This document shows, piece after piece, positions 26,704 to 34,956 of a stretch of 64,000 bases of DNA (the first letter of the stretch is position 1; the number at the start of each line of letters is the position of its first letter). The notes under the pieces were generated by a model. It was given only the letters and a program-made list of their open reading frames with translations, ran no database searches and was not told where the DNA came from. This DNA comes from Chloroflexota bacterium (GTDB taxonomy: Bacteria; Chloroflexota; Dehalococcoidia; JACPEP01), in NCBI GenBank assembly GCA_016183425.1, contig JACPEP010000014.1, forward strand, positions 38,148 to 102,147, written 5' to 3'. The position numbers were made by a program, and so were the translations under genes.

Positions 26704-27535
26704 GGATGACACGGCAGGTAACAGGGACAGCAATTGGCTTTCCATCGGCGTGGGCCGGGAGAGGCGACTCAGAACTGATAGTTATCTCCTCCGCCTGAAG
26801 GCGAGAGATACATGGCTCTTGGCGCTCTCGGCTCTGAGGGCTGAAGGTAAAATGGCGGGCCATCTCCCACTTGGCACAGTCGAAAATGACCACCTCCAAC
26901 AAGCCGTCTACCACGCTGGCTTGGGGAGCGATGGTGAATCCAGCCCCATAGTAAGTCCCGTTGGCCACCACCACCAAAGGTGAACGCAACTCCATCTCCT
27001 CCCCGTCAAGACGAAGGCTCATCACAGCTTTGCGATGCCGAAGAAACGCCAGCGCTCCCTCGATCATCTTCTCATAGTGCCCTTCTTTAATCTCCTCACC
27101 GATGGGAAAAAGGCGAGCATCAAGCCCCACCCCCACCGCCTCAAAGAAGTAGACACCGTTGGCCACGCCCACGTCCACGTCCATGGTGTTGCCTTTGACA
27201 ATAGCCAGGGCAGCCTCAGCCAAATCCAGGGGCAAGGATAGATTGTGAGCAATGTTGTTGTAGGTGCCAAAAGGCAGAATGCCTAACGGCACCCCCGTTC
27301 CCACCAGACCAGCCGCCACCTCGCTCACCGTACCATCGCCACCACCAGCGATAACTAAGTCGTAACCCTCTTGAGCAGCCTGTACTACCGACTGAGTTAT
27401 GGCTGTCGCTAGCTTGGTGAAAGCTAGATCAACCCTGACCCCCGCCTCCTCCAGCAAATTTGTAATATCAGGCAGCCTATTCCAGGCGCGGCGGGTCCAG
27501 GGCACCGGGTTAAGAATGAGCCGCGCCCGACGCAT
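26675..27535 (-). CDS. Diacylglycerol kinase-family lipid kinase (YegS/DgkB-like)
   Basis: DLVIAGGGDGTVSEVAAGL is the DAGK catalytic-domain motif. Confidence 0.85.
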   Translation of the reverse strand: MRRARLILNPVPWTRRAWNRLPDITNLLEEAGVRVDLAFTKLATAITQSVVQAAQEGYDLVIAGGGDGTVSEVAAGLVGTGVPLGILPFGTYNNIAHNLSLPLDLAEAALAIVKGNTMDVDVGVANGVYFFEAVGVGLDARLFPIGEEIKEGHYEKMIEGALAFLRHRKAVMSLRLDGEEMELRSPLVVVANGTYYGAGFTIAPQASVVDGLLEVVIFDCAKWEMARHFTFSPQSRERQEPCISRLQAEEITISSESPLPAHADGKPIAVPVTCRVIPKSLRVFVP

Positions 27536-28985
27536 CGTTCACTGGTCTCCTTCTCGTTCTTAGATTCGGAAATAAATGCCGCCCCGACAGCACCATCATC
27601 AAAGCCGCCAGAATCAAAGCGAAGCCTCCCGCCACAATTAAAGGCCGATGGAAGTCCCACCCGTAGAGCAGCAACGTCCGATTGTCCAGCCGAAACGGGT
27701 CGTGACAGCGGATACAGCTTACACTCTCAATGAGACTGATGGAAACGGCTGAATTCGGTGCCCGGGATACGCCCGCCAGTTCCTCAGGAACTACCGCTGC
27801 CTGAGGAATAACGGGGGCCGACATCCCAAGCACCAACGCCTTTTGTTCTTCCACCTTTGTGGGGAGCGACAGAACAAAAGGATCGAACTGGGTGCCGTCC
27901 AAGCTCACGACGGTGCTAGTGAGAACACCCCCGTCTATAGAGAGCTTTACGAACTCATAGGTTTCCTCGGCATACTGCGTCCCGACACCCCACCCTACCG
28001 GGTGAAGGGGAGCGCCGCCGCCGCCGGTGACGATATAGGTCACCCCATTTACCAGATTGCGTTGGTAATGGTGGTTGTGGCCACTGAAAGCCAACTGCAC
28101 CCCGTATTTCTCAAAAAGGGGTGTTAACGCCTCTCTCACCGGCAGCTCACTGCCTCGGAAGGGTGTAAAGCTATAGGGGGGATAATGGAGATAGACTATC
28201 TTCCACGGCCGGGTCGTCTGACGCAGGTCCTGTTCCAGCCAATCATACTGCTCACTTCCTGGTTTATAGTCCGAAAAGGCCACATCCAGAGCTATAAAAT
28301 GGGCTGGCCCACTATCGAAGCTGTACCACCTTTCGGTGCCCGGCAGGTCAAAAAGAGCGAAATATAGGTAACTATTCTGCTCATGATTGCCCAGGGTCGG
28401 ATAGAGGGGAACATCCACCAGAAGCTCTCTCTCCACATCGAAAAAGGTGTCCCAGTCACTCTTACGGCTGCCATTCTCCACCAGATCGCCGACGTTAATA
28501 ACGAAGTCGGGTGCCGCCTCTTTAATTAGACCGACCAGCCGGCGATGGATGGGATGATTGGTACGATTATCGCCCCAGGCCACAAAGCTGATGCGCCCCT
28601 CTGGCCCGGCCAGAGTCTTAAAAGTGCCGCCCGAAAATAGCTCTTTCTCACTCCCCCAAACCTGGTAATAGTAGCGGGTGTAGGGCTCCAACCCCGTCAG
28701 CGATACGCAATGATCCTTGGCCCTCCCCTTCGTAAGAGCAATAGAGCCGTACTCCAAAGTTTTGCCGTACATAACGGCCCCGGAATGGATTTCATTGGTC
28801 TCCCAACATACGTTGACCGATGCCTGAGTCGCATTTTGGAGGTACGGCCCCTTGGTTAGCTCGATACCCTGGGCGGCCACCGGCAAGACCGAGGCCGTGC
28901 CCACAAAAGAGAGAACCACCCAATACGCTAAGACAGATGCTACGGCTAATTTCGAGAGGTCAAACCTTTTGCCAAGGGAGCCCAT
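27510..28985 (-). CDS. Membrane-anchored metallophosphoesterase (purple acid phosphatase-like)
   Basis: GDNRTNH, GNHE and SGHNHHYQR are metallophosphatase motifs. N-terminal signal/TM segment. A C-terminal TM (IVAGGFALILAALMMVL) sits next to CIRCH. Confidence 0.75.
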   Translation of the reverse strand: MGSLGKRFDLSKLAVASVLAYWVVLSFVGTASVLPVAAQGIELTKGPYLQNATQASVNVCWETNEIHSGAVMYGKTLEYGSIALTKGRAKDHCVSLTGLEPYTRYYYQVWGSEKELFSGGTFKTLAGPEGRISFVAWGDNRTNHPIHRRLVGLIKEAAPDFVINVGDLVENGSRKSDWDTFFDVERELLVDVPLYPTLGNHEQNSYLYFALFDLPGTERWYSFDSGPAHFIALDVAFSDYKPGSEQYDWLEQDLRQTTRPWKIVYLHYPPYSFTPFRGSELPVREALTPLFEKYGVQLAFSGHNHHYQRNLVNGVTYIVTGGGGAPLHPVGWGVGTQYAEETYEFVKLSIDGGVLTSTVVSLDGTQFDPFVLSLPTKVEEQKALVLGMSAPVIPQAAVVPEELAGVSRAPNSAVSISLIESVSCIRCHDPFRLDNRTLLLYGWDFHRPLIVAGGFALILAALMMVLSGRHLFPNLRTRRRPVNDASGAAHS

Positions 28986-29097
28986 TGCACTCCTCCCCCA
29001 TTGCTGCTCTTTTGGGCTGTCAATGTGTTTCATTATAAAGAGTCGCTTAAGTTACGTCAAGTTACGTCAGGAAGCAATGCAAACCCGCGAGAAATCA

Positions 29098-30063
29098 TCA
29101 CTCAGGGGAATCCCGAGGTGGTACAGGACCGGCAAAGGGAGTTCGTAGTAACAACAGGGAGCCAGCGCCGAGGACGATGCCCAATCCCACTGTGCTGAGG
29201 CGAAACAAAACGATAGCGGTAGCCGCGTCGGCGGTATCGATACCAGCATAGTGAAAAAGAGCCACCGCGCTTCCCTCTATGGCACCCAAACCGTGGGGGA
29301 GCATAGACAGGCCCCCCGCCAAATGAGAAAGGGAATATATGTAGGCTGATTGACTTAAGCTCACCGAAATTTGATAGCCTCGGGATATCTCCTCCAGAAC
29401 TGCAGCCGCCACCACCACCGCTGGCAAGCCCAACGCCAACCCGATCAAGAGAGACCTCCACCCTAGAAGCAGCAAAGAGTACTGATAAAAGCTTCTCCAC
29501 GGTGCACCCAGGAGTCTCCCCGCACCGGCGGCGAAAGAGAAACGCCGTTCCCATCCTATCAAGGGACTGTAAGCAAAAGCCAGAATCCCCGCCATCAAAA
29601 TAGCGGTAAAGGGCAACACCATGGTGGCCATGTCCCGATAGCGCAGCACGGAGAAGGAACCGACGAGGGCTAGGGAGAGAAAATCAAACAGCACCTGCAC
29701 CGCTACCGCCGCCGAACCACGACTGAAGCTAAAACCGTAGCCTGTCATCAGATAGGCACGGACGAACTCTCCGGCAGGAGTAAAGGCAAACCACTGCCCC
29801 GCTAAATAGACCAGCACCGATCTTCTCAAAGGTAGCCGAATATCGATCACCCGCAGAAAATAATGCCAGCGCAACGCCTTAAGCAGATAATACCCCAGGC
29901 TTAGTACCAAAGCAATCCAGAGTTTTGACCAAGGATAATCATCAAACCGCTCCAGAGTAGAAGCCAGATTGATGAACCTGGTTACGGCAAAGAGCAAAGC
30001 AACGCCTATCAATAGGCCTAAAACGAAGCGAAAGCGATTGCTCTTCACTGAATCAAATGTCAA
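29098..30063 (-). CDS. Lysylphosphatidylglycerol-synthase-TM-like (flippase-like, UPF0104) membrane protein
   Basis: TTG start. Eight predicted TM helices. Arg-rich loop LKALRWHYFLRVIDIRLPLRRS is typical of this family. Tentative. Confidence 0.5.
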   Translation of the reverse strand: MTFDSVKSNRFRFVLGLLIGVALLFAVTRFINLASTLERFDDYPWSKLWIALVLSLGYYLLKALRWHYFLRVIDIRLPLRRSVLVYLAGQWFAFTPAGEFVRAYLMTGYGFSFSRGSAAVAVQVLFDFLSLALVGSFSVLRYRDMATMVLPFTAILMAGILAFAYSPLIGWERRFSFAAGAGRLLGAPWRSFYQYSLLLLGWRSLLIGLALGLPAVVVAAAVLEEISRGYQISVSLSQSAYIYSLSHLAGGLSMLPHGLGAIEGSAVALFHYAGIDTADAATAIVLFRLSTVGLGIVLGAGSLLLLRTPFAGPVPPRDSPE

Positions 30064-30137
30064 AAGCTAAGCCATTATACGACTATGCCCGATCTCCCCT
30101 ACTATCGACGGCCTCCAGCAGCCTTGCTCCACAAGTA

Positions 30138-30179
30138 GATTCTGCGAAACCCCCTTTGGTAAGGGGGTTTCGCAGAATC
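30138..30179. terminator. Perfect 16-bp-stem hairpin (loop TTTGGTAA), no U-tract. Likely a bidirectional terminator or structured element.
   Basis: ATTCTGCGAAACCCCC / GGGGGTTTCGCAGAAT, seen directly in the sequence between convergent or tail-to-head genes. Confidence 0.4.
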
Positions 30180-30217
30180 ATAATCACGCCGGCGAGAGTT
30201 ACGCCGTGTAAATTCGG

Positions 30218-30520
30218 TTAGGCACGAGTCGTCGCCACCAGCGGCTTCTCCAGGTACTCAACGGCTTTCGGATGCCGTACCAGGTTGACACCCCAGTCAA
30301 CAAGTACCCCGATCAGCGATGCGCCAATGGCGGATAACACATGGAATCCACCAAACATAGGGCCATAGACAACCAAGACCTCAGCGATGACCATGGCAGC
30401 GAAAGGATAGGCCGCCACCCGCCACGGTTTCATGGAAACCTCGCCAGGAAGCAAGTCGTACCAAAGCACGCCCAGGCCATACGCAAAAGCTACCATTAAC
30501 AACAGGGTTCCGATATCCAC
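30218..30520 (-). CDS. Small hypothetical membrane protein (100 aa, 3 TM)
   Basis: ORF with hydrophobic helices. No motif. Confidence 0.4.
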   Translation of the reverse strand: MDIGTLLLMVAFAYGLGVLWYDLLPGEVSMKPWRVAAYPFAAMVIAEVLVVYGPMFGGFHVLSAIGASLIGVLVDWGVNLVRHPKAVEYLEKPLVATTRA

Positions 30521-30731
30521 AGAAAGTCACCTCCTACCGGTTTTCAGTTTCCCGTACTTCGTTTTACACCTAACACCGCAACGGCCTTACTCTCACCCAG
30601 CGCTCCCCAAAGGGATGATGACACCTCTTTTTTTCCTTCGCTCCCCCGTGGTTCACCCCTCCAATATCTTCTTCCACTTTAATTTTACCACTTATAGTCA
30701 AGAGGTAGAAAGAAGGAGGATTATGTCAAGG

Positions 30732-32117
30732 TCACATCCGGCGCAAATGGATAGAACCCTCCAGTTGACCCAGGGCGGCTTCCATCATGGCCTCCGGAAG
30801 GGTGGGGTGGGCATGAATAGTATGGGCAATGTCCCGGGCCGTTCCACTGTGATGCATTACCGCCGCCCCCTCTGCAATAAGGTCAGTGGCTCGGGGGCCC
30901 ATGATGTGCACCCCCAATACCTTCCCGGTCCCTTCCTGGCAGATAGTTTTCACCAGGCCGACTGTCTCTCCCAGTACCTGGGCCCGGCCCAGGGCGGAAA
31001 AGGGAAACCGACTTACCTTGTACGGGATGTCCTTATCCTTGATCTCCTTTTCCGTCATACCCACGGCGGCTATCTCGGGACTGGTAAAGACACAGTTGGG
31101 GACCACGCCGTAGTCCACGGTGCGGCGATGTCCCAGGGCATTGTCCACCGCCACCTCCCCCTCGTAGGAGGCCACGTGGGCGAGCATTATCCCTCCGATG
31201 ACATCCCCGATAGCGTAAACCCCCTCCAGGTTGGTTTCCATGGCCTCATTGGCAGCAATGGCCCGCCGATTCATGGCTATCCCGGTCTCCTCCAGCCCCA
31301 GACCCTGGGTATACGGGGTGCGCCCCACCGACACCAAAACCATCTCAGCTGGTGCCGTCATCTCCCCCTGAGCAGTATTGAAAACCACCTCCAGCATTCC
31401 TTCCCACTCTCGTACCTGGGTGACGGTAGCCCCGGTGTGAATCTGGATGCCCTGCTGACGTGCCATCTGAGTGAAGCGCCGGGCGATCTCCTCGTCCACC
31501 GGAGGCAAGATCATGGGCAGCATCTCGATTACGGTCACCTGGCAGCCCAGGGCACGAAATATACAGGCAAACTCCATGCCGATGATTCCTCCGCCGATAA
31601 TGGCCAGACTCTCAGGAACCTCCTTGACCTCCAAAAGCTCGTCGCTGGTGACCACGCCCGGCAGGTCCAGGCCAGGGATAGGGATGCGGGCCGGCACGGA
31701 GCCGGTGGCCAGAATAACGTTTCGGCCGGACACCTCCTGGCCGTTCACCGTCAGGGAACGGGGCGAGGTGAGCCTTCCCGTCCCTTTGTAAAGCTCGATC
31801 TTCCTTCCCGCCACCAGTTGCTCGATGCCCGTCACCAGGCTATCCACCACCTGCTGCTTACGGGCCATGACCTGGGGAAAATTCAGAGAAACCTCCCCCG
31901 TCTCCACCCCGAACTCGTGGGCTTTCTTCGCCTCTTGAAGGGCCTCCACGCTACGTACCAGGGCCTTGGTTGGAATGCAGCCCCGATTGAGGCAGGTGCC
32001 TCCCAAACGATCCTTCTCCACCAGAGCCACCTTGGCCCCCAGTTGGGAGGCCCTTATAGCCGATACATAGCCTCCGGGACCGCCCCCAACGATGACGATG
32101 TCGTACTCCGCTGCCAT
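30732..32117 (-). CDS. lpdA: Dihydrolipoyl dehydrogenase
   Basis: MAAEYDIVIVGGGPGGY...GGTCLNRGCIPTKAL (redox-active disulfide), plus NAD-binding and C-terminal HAHPTLPE motifs. Confidence 0.9.
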   Translation of the reverse strand: MAAEYDIVIVGGGPGGYVSAIRASQLGAKVALVEKDRLGGTCLNRGCIPTKALVRSVEALQEAKKAHEFGVETGEVSLNFPQVMARKQQVVDSLVTGIEQLVAGRKIELYKGTGRLTSPRSLTVNGQEVSGRNVILATGSVPARIPIPGLDLPGVVTSDELLEVKEVPESLAIIGGGIIGMEFACIFRALGCQVTVIEMLPMILPPVDEEIARRFTQMARQQGIQIHTGATVTQVREWEGMLEVVFNTAQGEMTAPAEMVLVSVGRTPYTQGLGLEETGIAMNRRAIAANEAMETNLEGVYAIGDVIGGIMLAHVASYEGEVAVDNALGHRRTVDYGVVPNCVFTSPEIAAVGMTEKEIKDKDIPYKVSRFPFSALGRAQVLGETVGLVKTICQEGTGKVLGVHIMGPRATDLIAEGAAVMHHSGTARDIAHTIHAHPTLPEAMMEAALGQLEGSIHLRRM

Positions 32118-32233
32118 GTCTCCTCCATAACACTACTCAAGACCACAAAAATCCAACCCAAAGGCGGGCCATTTTAGTTCAGGGCAGGTGAGAGGAAAAC
32201 TTGGTACGTCTCCTGCTTCAGGATGGTTGGCGG

Positions 32234-32431
32234 TCAACCACGACGGCGGAGCCATCGGTGCCAGGGGAATATGAAGGCCACGGCTCCTGCCACTATGAAG
32301 CCCCAGCGGGCCCCCTCCTCCCCCCCCAGGATGCTTCCCACAGCGGCCCCCACCAACCCAGAGGCGATAATGAACAGAAAGCCTCTGACGTTAGTGGTCA
32401 GACAACCTAAAGGGGTTACTGGTCCCTGCAT
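32234..32431 (-). CDS. Small glycine-zipper membrane protein (GlsB/YeaQ/YmgE-like)
   Basis: FLFIIASGLVGAAVGSILGG...GFIVAGAVAFIFPW, a GxxxG-repeat TM pair. Confidence 0.4.
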   Translation of the reverse strand: MQGPVTPLGCLTTNVRGFLFIIASGLVGAAVGSILGGEEGARWGFIVAGAVAFIFPWHRWLRRRG

Positions 32432-32542
32432 TGGCGGGTCCTCCTCGATTAGTCTTTATTGGCGAGGGCAATTCCGGTTGAAAAGACTGGCCCGGATTTC
32501 CTTAGCGCCACAGTACCCTCTGGTGTCTGTCCTACCGTCGTT

Positions 32543-33883
32543 TTACGGCCGGGGCGCTCCCAGCCGCCATACTTTGCCCAGAGGTGCCACGCCCTGGTCA
32601 AAAGCGTTGCAACAATCTACCACCAAGGGTGCCACGCTCACGATGTGCTGGTAGTCCAGAGTGCGGTGCCCGGTGATGATGACCACCGCATCTGTCCCCG
32701 CTATCGTCTCATCCTGCAAAGGCATCGACTCCAGAGTAAGGGCACCACCTCCTAGTGGGGTGTTTCTACGGATGATGAAGCGAGGGACGTAGGGGTCGTG
32801 ATAGGAGACCACGGCGCCACCACGAAGAAGAAGGTCTATTACCCGCTCTGCCGGCGAGTTCCGGGGGTCATCGATATCCCTCTTGAAGGCAACCCCGAGA
32901 ACGAGAAGGCGACAGCCTTGCAGAGGCTTGCCGCGGCTGTTGATAGCCTCCCGTACCATTTCCACCACGTGATAGGGCATGCTCTGGTTAACATCCGCCG
33001 CCAGCTCTATGAAGCGGGTGTAGAAATCATACTCGCGCGCCTTCCAGGAGAGGTAATAAGGGTCCACCGGTATGCAGTGGCCCCCCACCCCGGGCCCGGG
33101 ATAGAAGGGCATAAAGCCAAAGGGCTTGGTGCTCGCCGCCTGGATGACCTCCCACAGATCGATATTCATGCGCTCGCACAGTTTGGCCAGCTCGTTGACT
33201 AGAGCAATATTTACGCTGCGGAATATGTTTTCCAAGAGCTTGCACATCTCTGCTACTCGGGGAGAGCTAACCACATGTACTTGGGGGTTTATAGTACTCA
33301 GGATGAGCCGGGCCATCGCGGTGCTCTCATCGGTTAGGCCGCCCACCACCTTAGGGGTATTATAGATGGTATTCTCTTTGTCGCCGGGGTTGATGCGTTC
33401 GGGAGAGAAGGCCAGGTAGAAGTCTCGGCCCGCCACTAAACCGGAGGTCTCTAGGATGGGACGCACCTCCTCCTCAGTGGTGCCCGGGTAGGTGGTGCTC
33501 TGCAAAATCACCAGTTGCTCTCGGTGCAAGTGGGGGGCGATGCTTTGGCAAGCGGCGGCGATAAAGGATATGTCCGGCGCTTTGGCGGGAGTAAAAGGGG
33601 TGGGAACGCAGATGAAGATAACGTCTGCCGCCCCTATCTTCCGGTAGTCGGTGGTGGCATCCAGGCGACCTTGGCTGACCAGTTTCCCCAACTCGACGGA
33701 AGACACGTCGGGAATGTAGCTTCGTCTGCTGCGGATGGCTTCCACTCGGCCCACATCTACGTCCACCCCAGTAACGGCAAAGCCGCCTCCGCCTAAGGCC
33801 ACTGCTAGGGGCAGCCCCACATAGCCCAGTCCTACCACGGCCACCCGAGCATCACGGCTTTGTATCTTTTGGGAAAGGCTCAC
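32543..33883 (-). CDS. Nucleotide-sugar dehydrogenase (UDP-glucose / UDP-ManNAc dehydrogenase family)
   Basis: VAVVGLGYVGLPLAVAL (Rossmann fold) and catalytic GGHCIPVDP. Confidence 0.85.
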   Translation of the reverse strand: MSLSQKIQSRDARVAVVGLGYVGLPLAVALGGGGFAVTGVDVDVGRVEAIRSRRSYIPDVSSVELGKLVSQGRLDATTDYRKIGAADVIFICVPTPFTPAKAPDISFIAAACQSIAPHLHREQLVILQSTTYPGTTEEEVRPILETSGLVAGRDFYLAFSPERINPGDKENTIYNTPKVVGGLTDESTAMARLILSTINPQVHVVSSPRVAEMCKLLENIFRSVNIALVNELAKLCERMNIDLWEVIQAASTKPFGFMPFYPGPGVGGHCIPVDPYYLSWKAREYDFYTRFIELAADVNQSMPYHVVEMVREAINSRGKPLQGCRLLVLGVAFKRDIDDPRNSPAERVIDLLLRGGAVVSYHDPYVPRFIIRRNTPLGGGALTLESMPLQDETIAGTDAVVIITGHRTLDYQHIVSVAPLVVDCCNAFDQGVAPLGKVWRLGAPRP

Positions 33884-34956
33884 TGTCTTTCCTTCACCAG
33901 TCCCGATGTTTTCATCTCCCAGGAGTCATAGCCCTTCAACTCCAATTGCACCAAGGCCCACAACCCCACCACCGCTACAGTGCCACCCATAATATAGGCC
34001 TCGATGACGGTGGCTCGGGTTACCGCCACGGCCATAAGACCCAATAAGACGCATACCCCATATAGGGTGAGCACGGCGCGTCTATGGCTCATCCCCGAAG
34101 CTACCAACCGATGGGAGGTGTGGTCCTTGCCCGGAGTGGTCAACGGATTGCAACGGCGGCGAAGGCGGGAAATGACTACCAGAGCGGTGTCGAAGATGGG
34201 CAGGCCCAACACCAACACGGGAACCATCCAGGTCACCGCGGGAATGTTTTCAAAGCGCAGCTTTATGCCCAGAGCCGCCAAAACAAACCCCAGGAAAAGG
34301 CTGCCCGTATCTCCCATGAAAATGGAGGCGGGGTTCATGTTGTATAGCAAGAAGCCCAGGCAGGCCCCTAAAAGGGCGGCCCCCAACGCACCCACCAGGT
34401 ACTGCCCGCTCAGGAATGCCAAAAGGACGAAGAAAGCAGAGGCCACCGCCGCCATCCCCCCCGATAGACCATCCATGTTGTCCAACAGATTCAAGGCATT
34501 GGTTATCCCCACAACCCAAACTAGGGTAACCGCATAGTTGAGATAGACGTTACCGAGAAAGGATACGTGGACACCGGCTGCGATGAGAACCATGGCTGCC
34601 GCACCCTGCCCCACCAGCTTGAGAAGGGGCCGAAGCCCTCGGCTGTCGTCCCATATACCCAGGAAGCTAACCAAGGTGGCCCCCACCAGAATGCTTATGA
34701 GCTGAGGAAGCTGGAAGCTTTGATAGAAGAAAAGGAGGGCCAAAATGAAAGCACCATAGATAGCTACGCCCCCTAAGAGGGGTGTAGGCAACATATGGAC
34801 GCGGCGCGCGCTGGGGGTGTCCACTAGTCTCAGGCGCCGAGCTGTCCAGCGGGCCACCGGTGTGGCCGCAACAGCGAAGACAAAAGCAGTGATGAAGATG
34901 ACAATGAAGTTAGTCACGGAGTCCTTCCTTGTAGCTGGCCCAGGAAGATTTGCCAC
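33880..34956 (-). CDS. WecA/MraY-like polyprenyl-phosphate hexose-1-phosphate transferase (GT4 family)
   Basis: NALNLLDNMDGLSGG and FMGDTGSLFLG are signature MraY/WecA motifs. Confidence 0.8.
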   Translation of the reverse strand: MANLPGPATRKDSVTNFIVIFITAFVFAVAATPVARWTARRLRLVDTPSARRVHMLPTPLLGGVAIYGAFILALLFFYQSFQLPQLISILVGATLVSFLGIWDDSRGLRPLLKLVGQGAAAMVLIAAGVHVSFLGNVYLNYAVTLVWVVGITNALNLLDNMDGLSGGMAAVASAFFVLLAFLSGQYLVGALGAALLGACLGFLLYNMNPASIFMGDTGSLFLGFVLAALGIKLRFENIPAVTWMVPVLVLGLPIFDTALVVISRLRRRCNPLTTPGKDHTSHRLVASGMSHRRAVLTLYGVCVLLGLMAVAVTRATVIEAYIMGGTVAVVGLWALVQLELKGYDSWEMKTSGLVKERQ

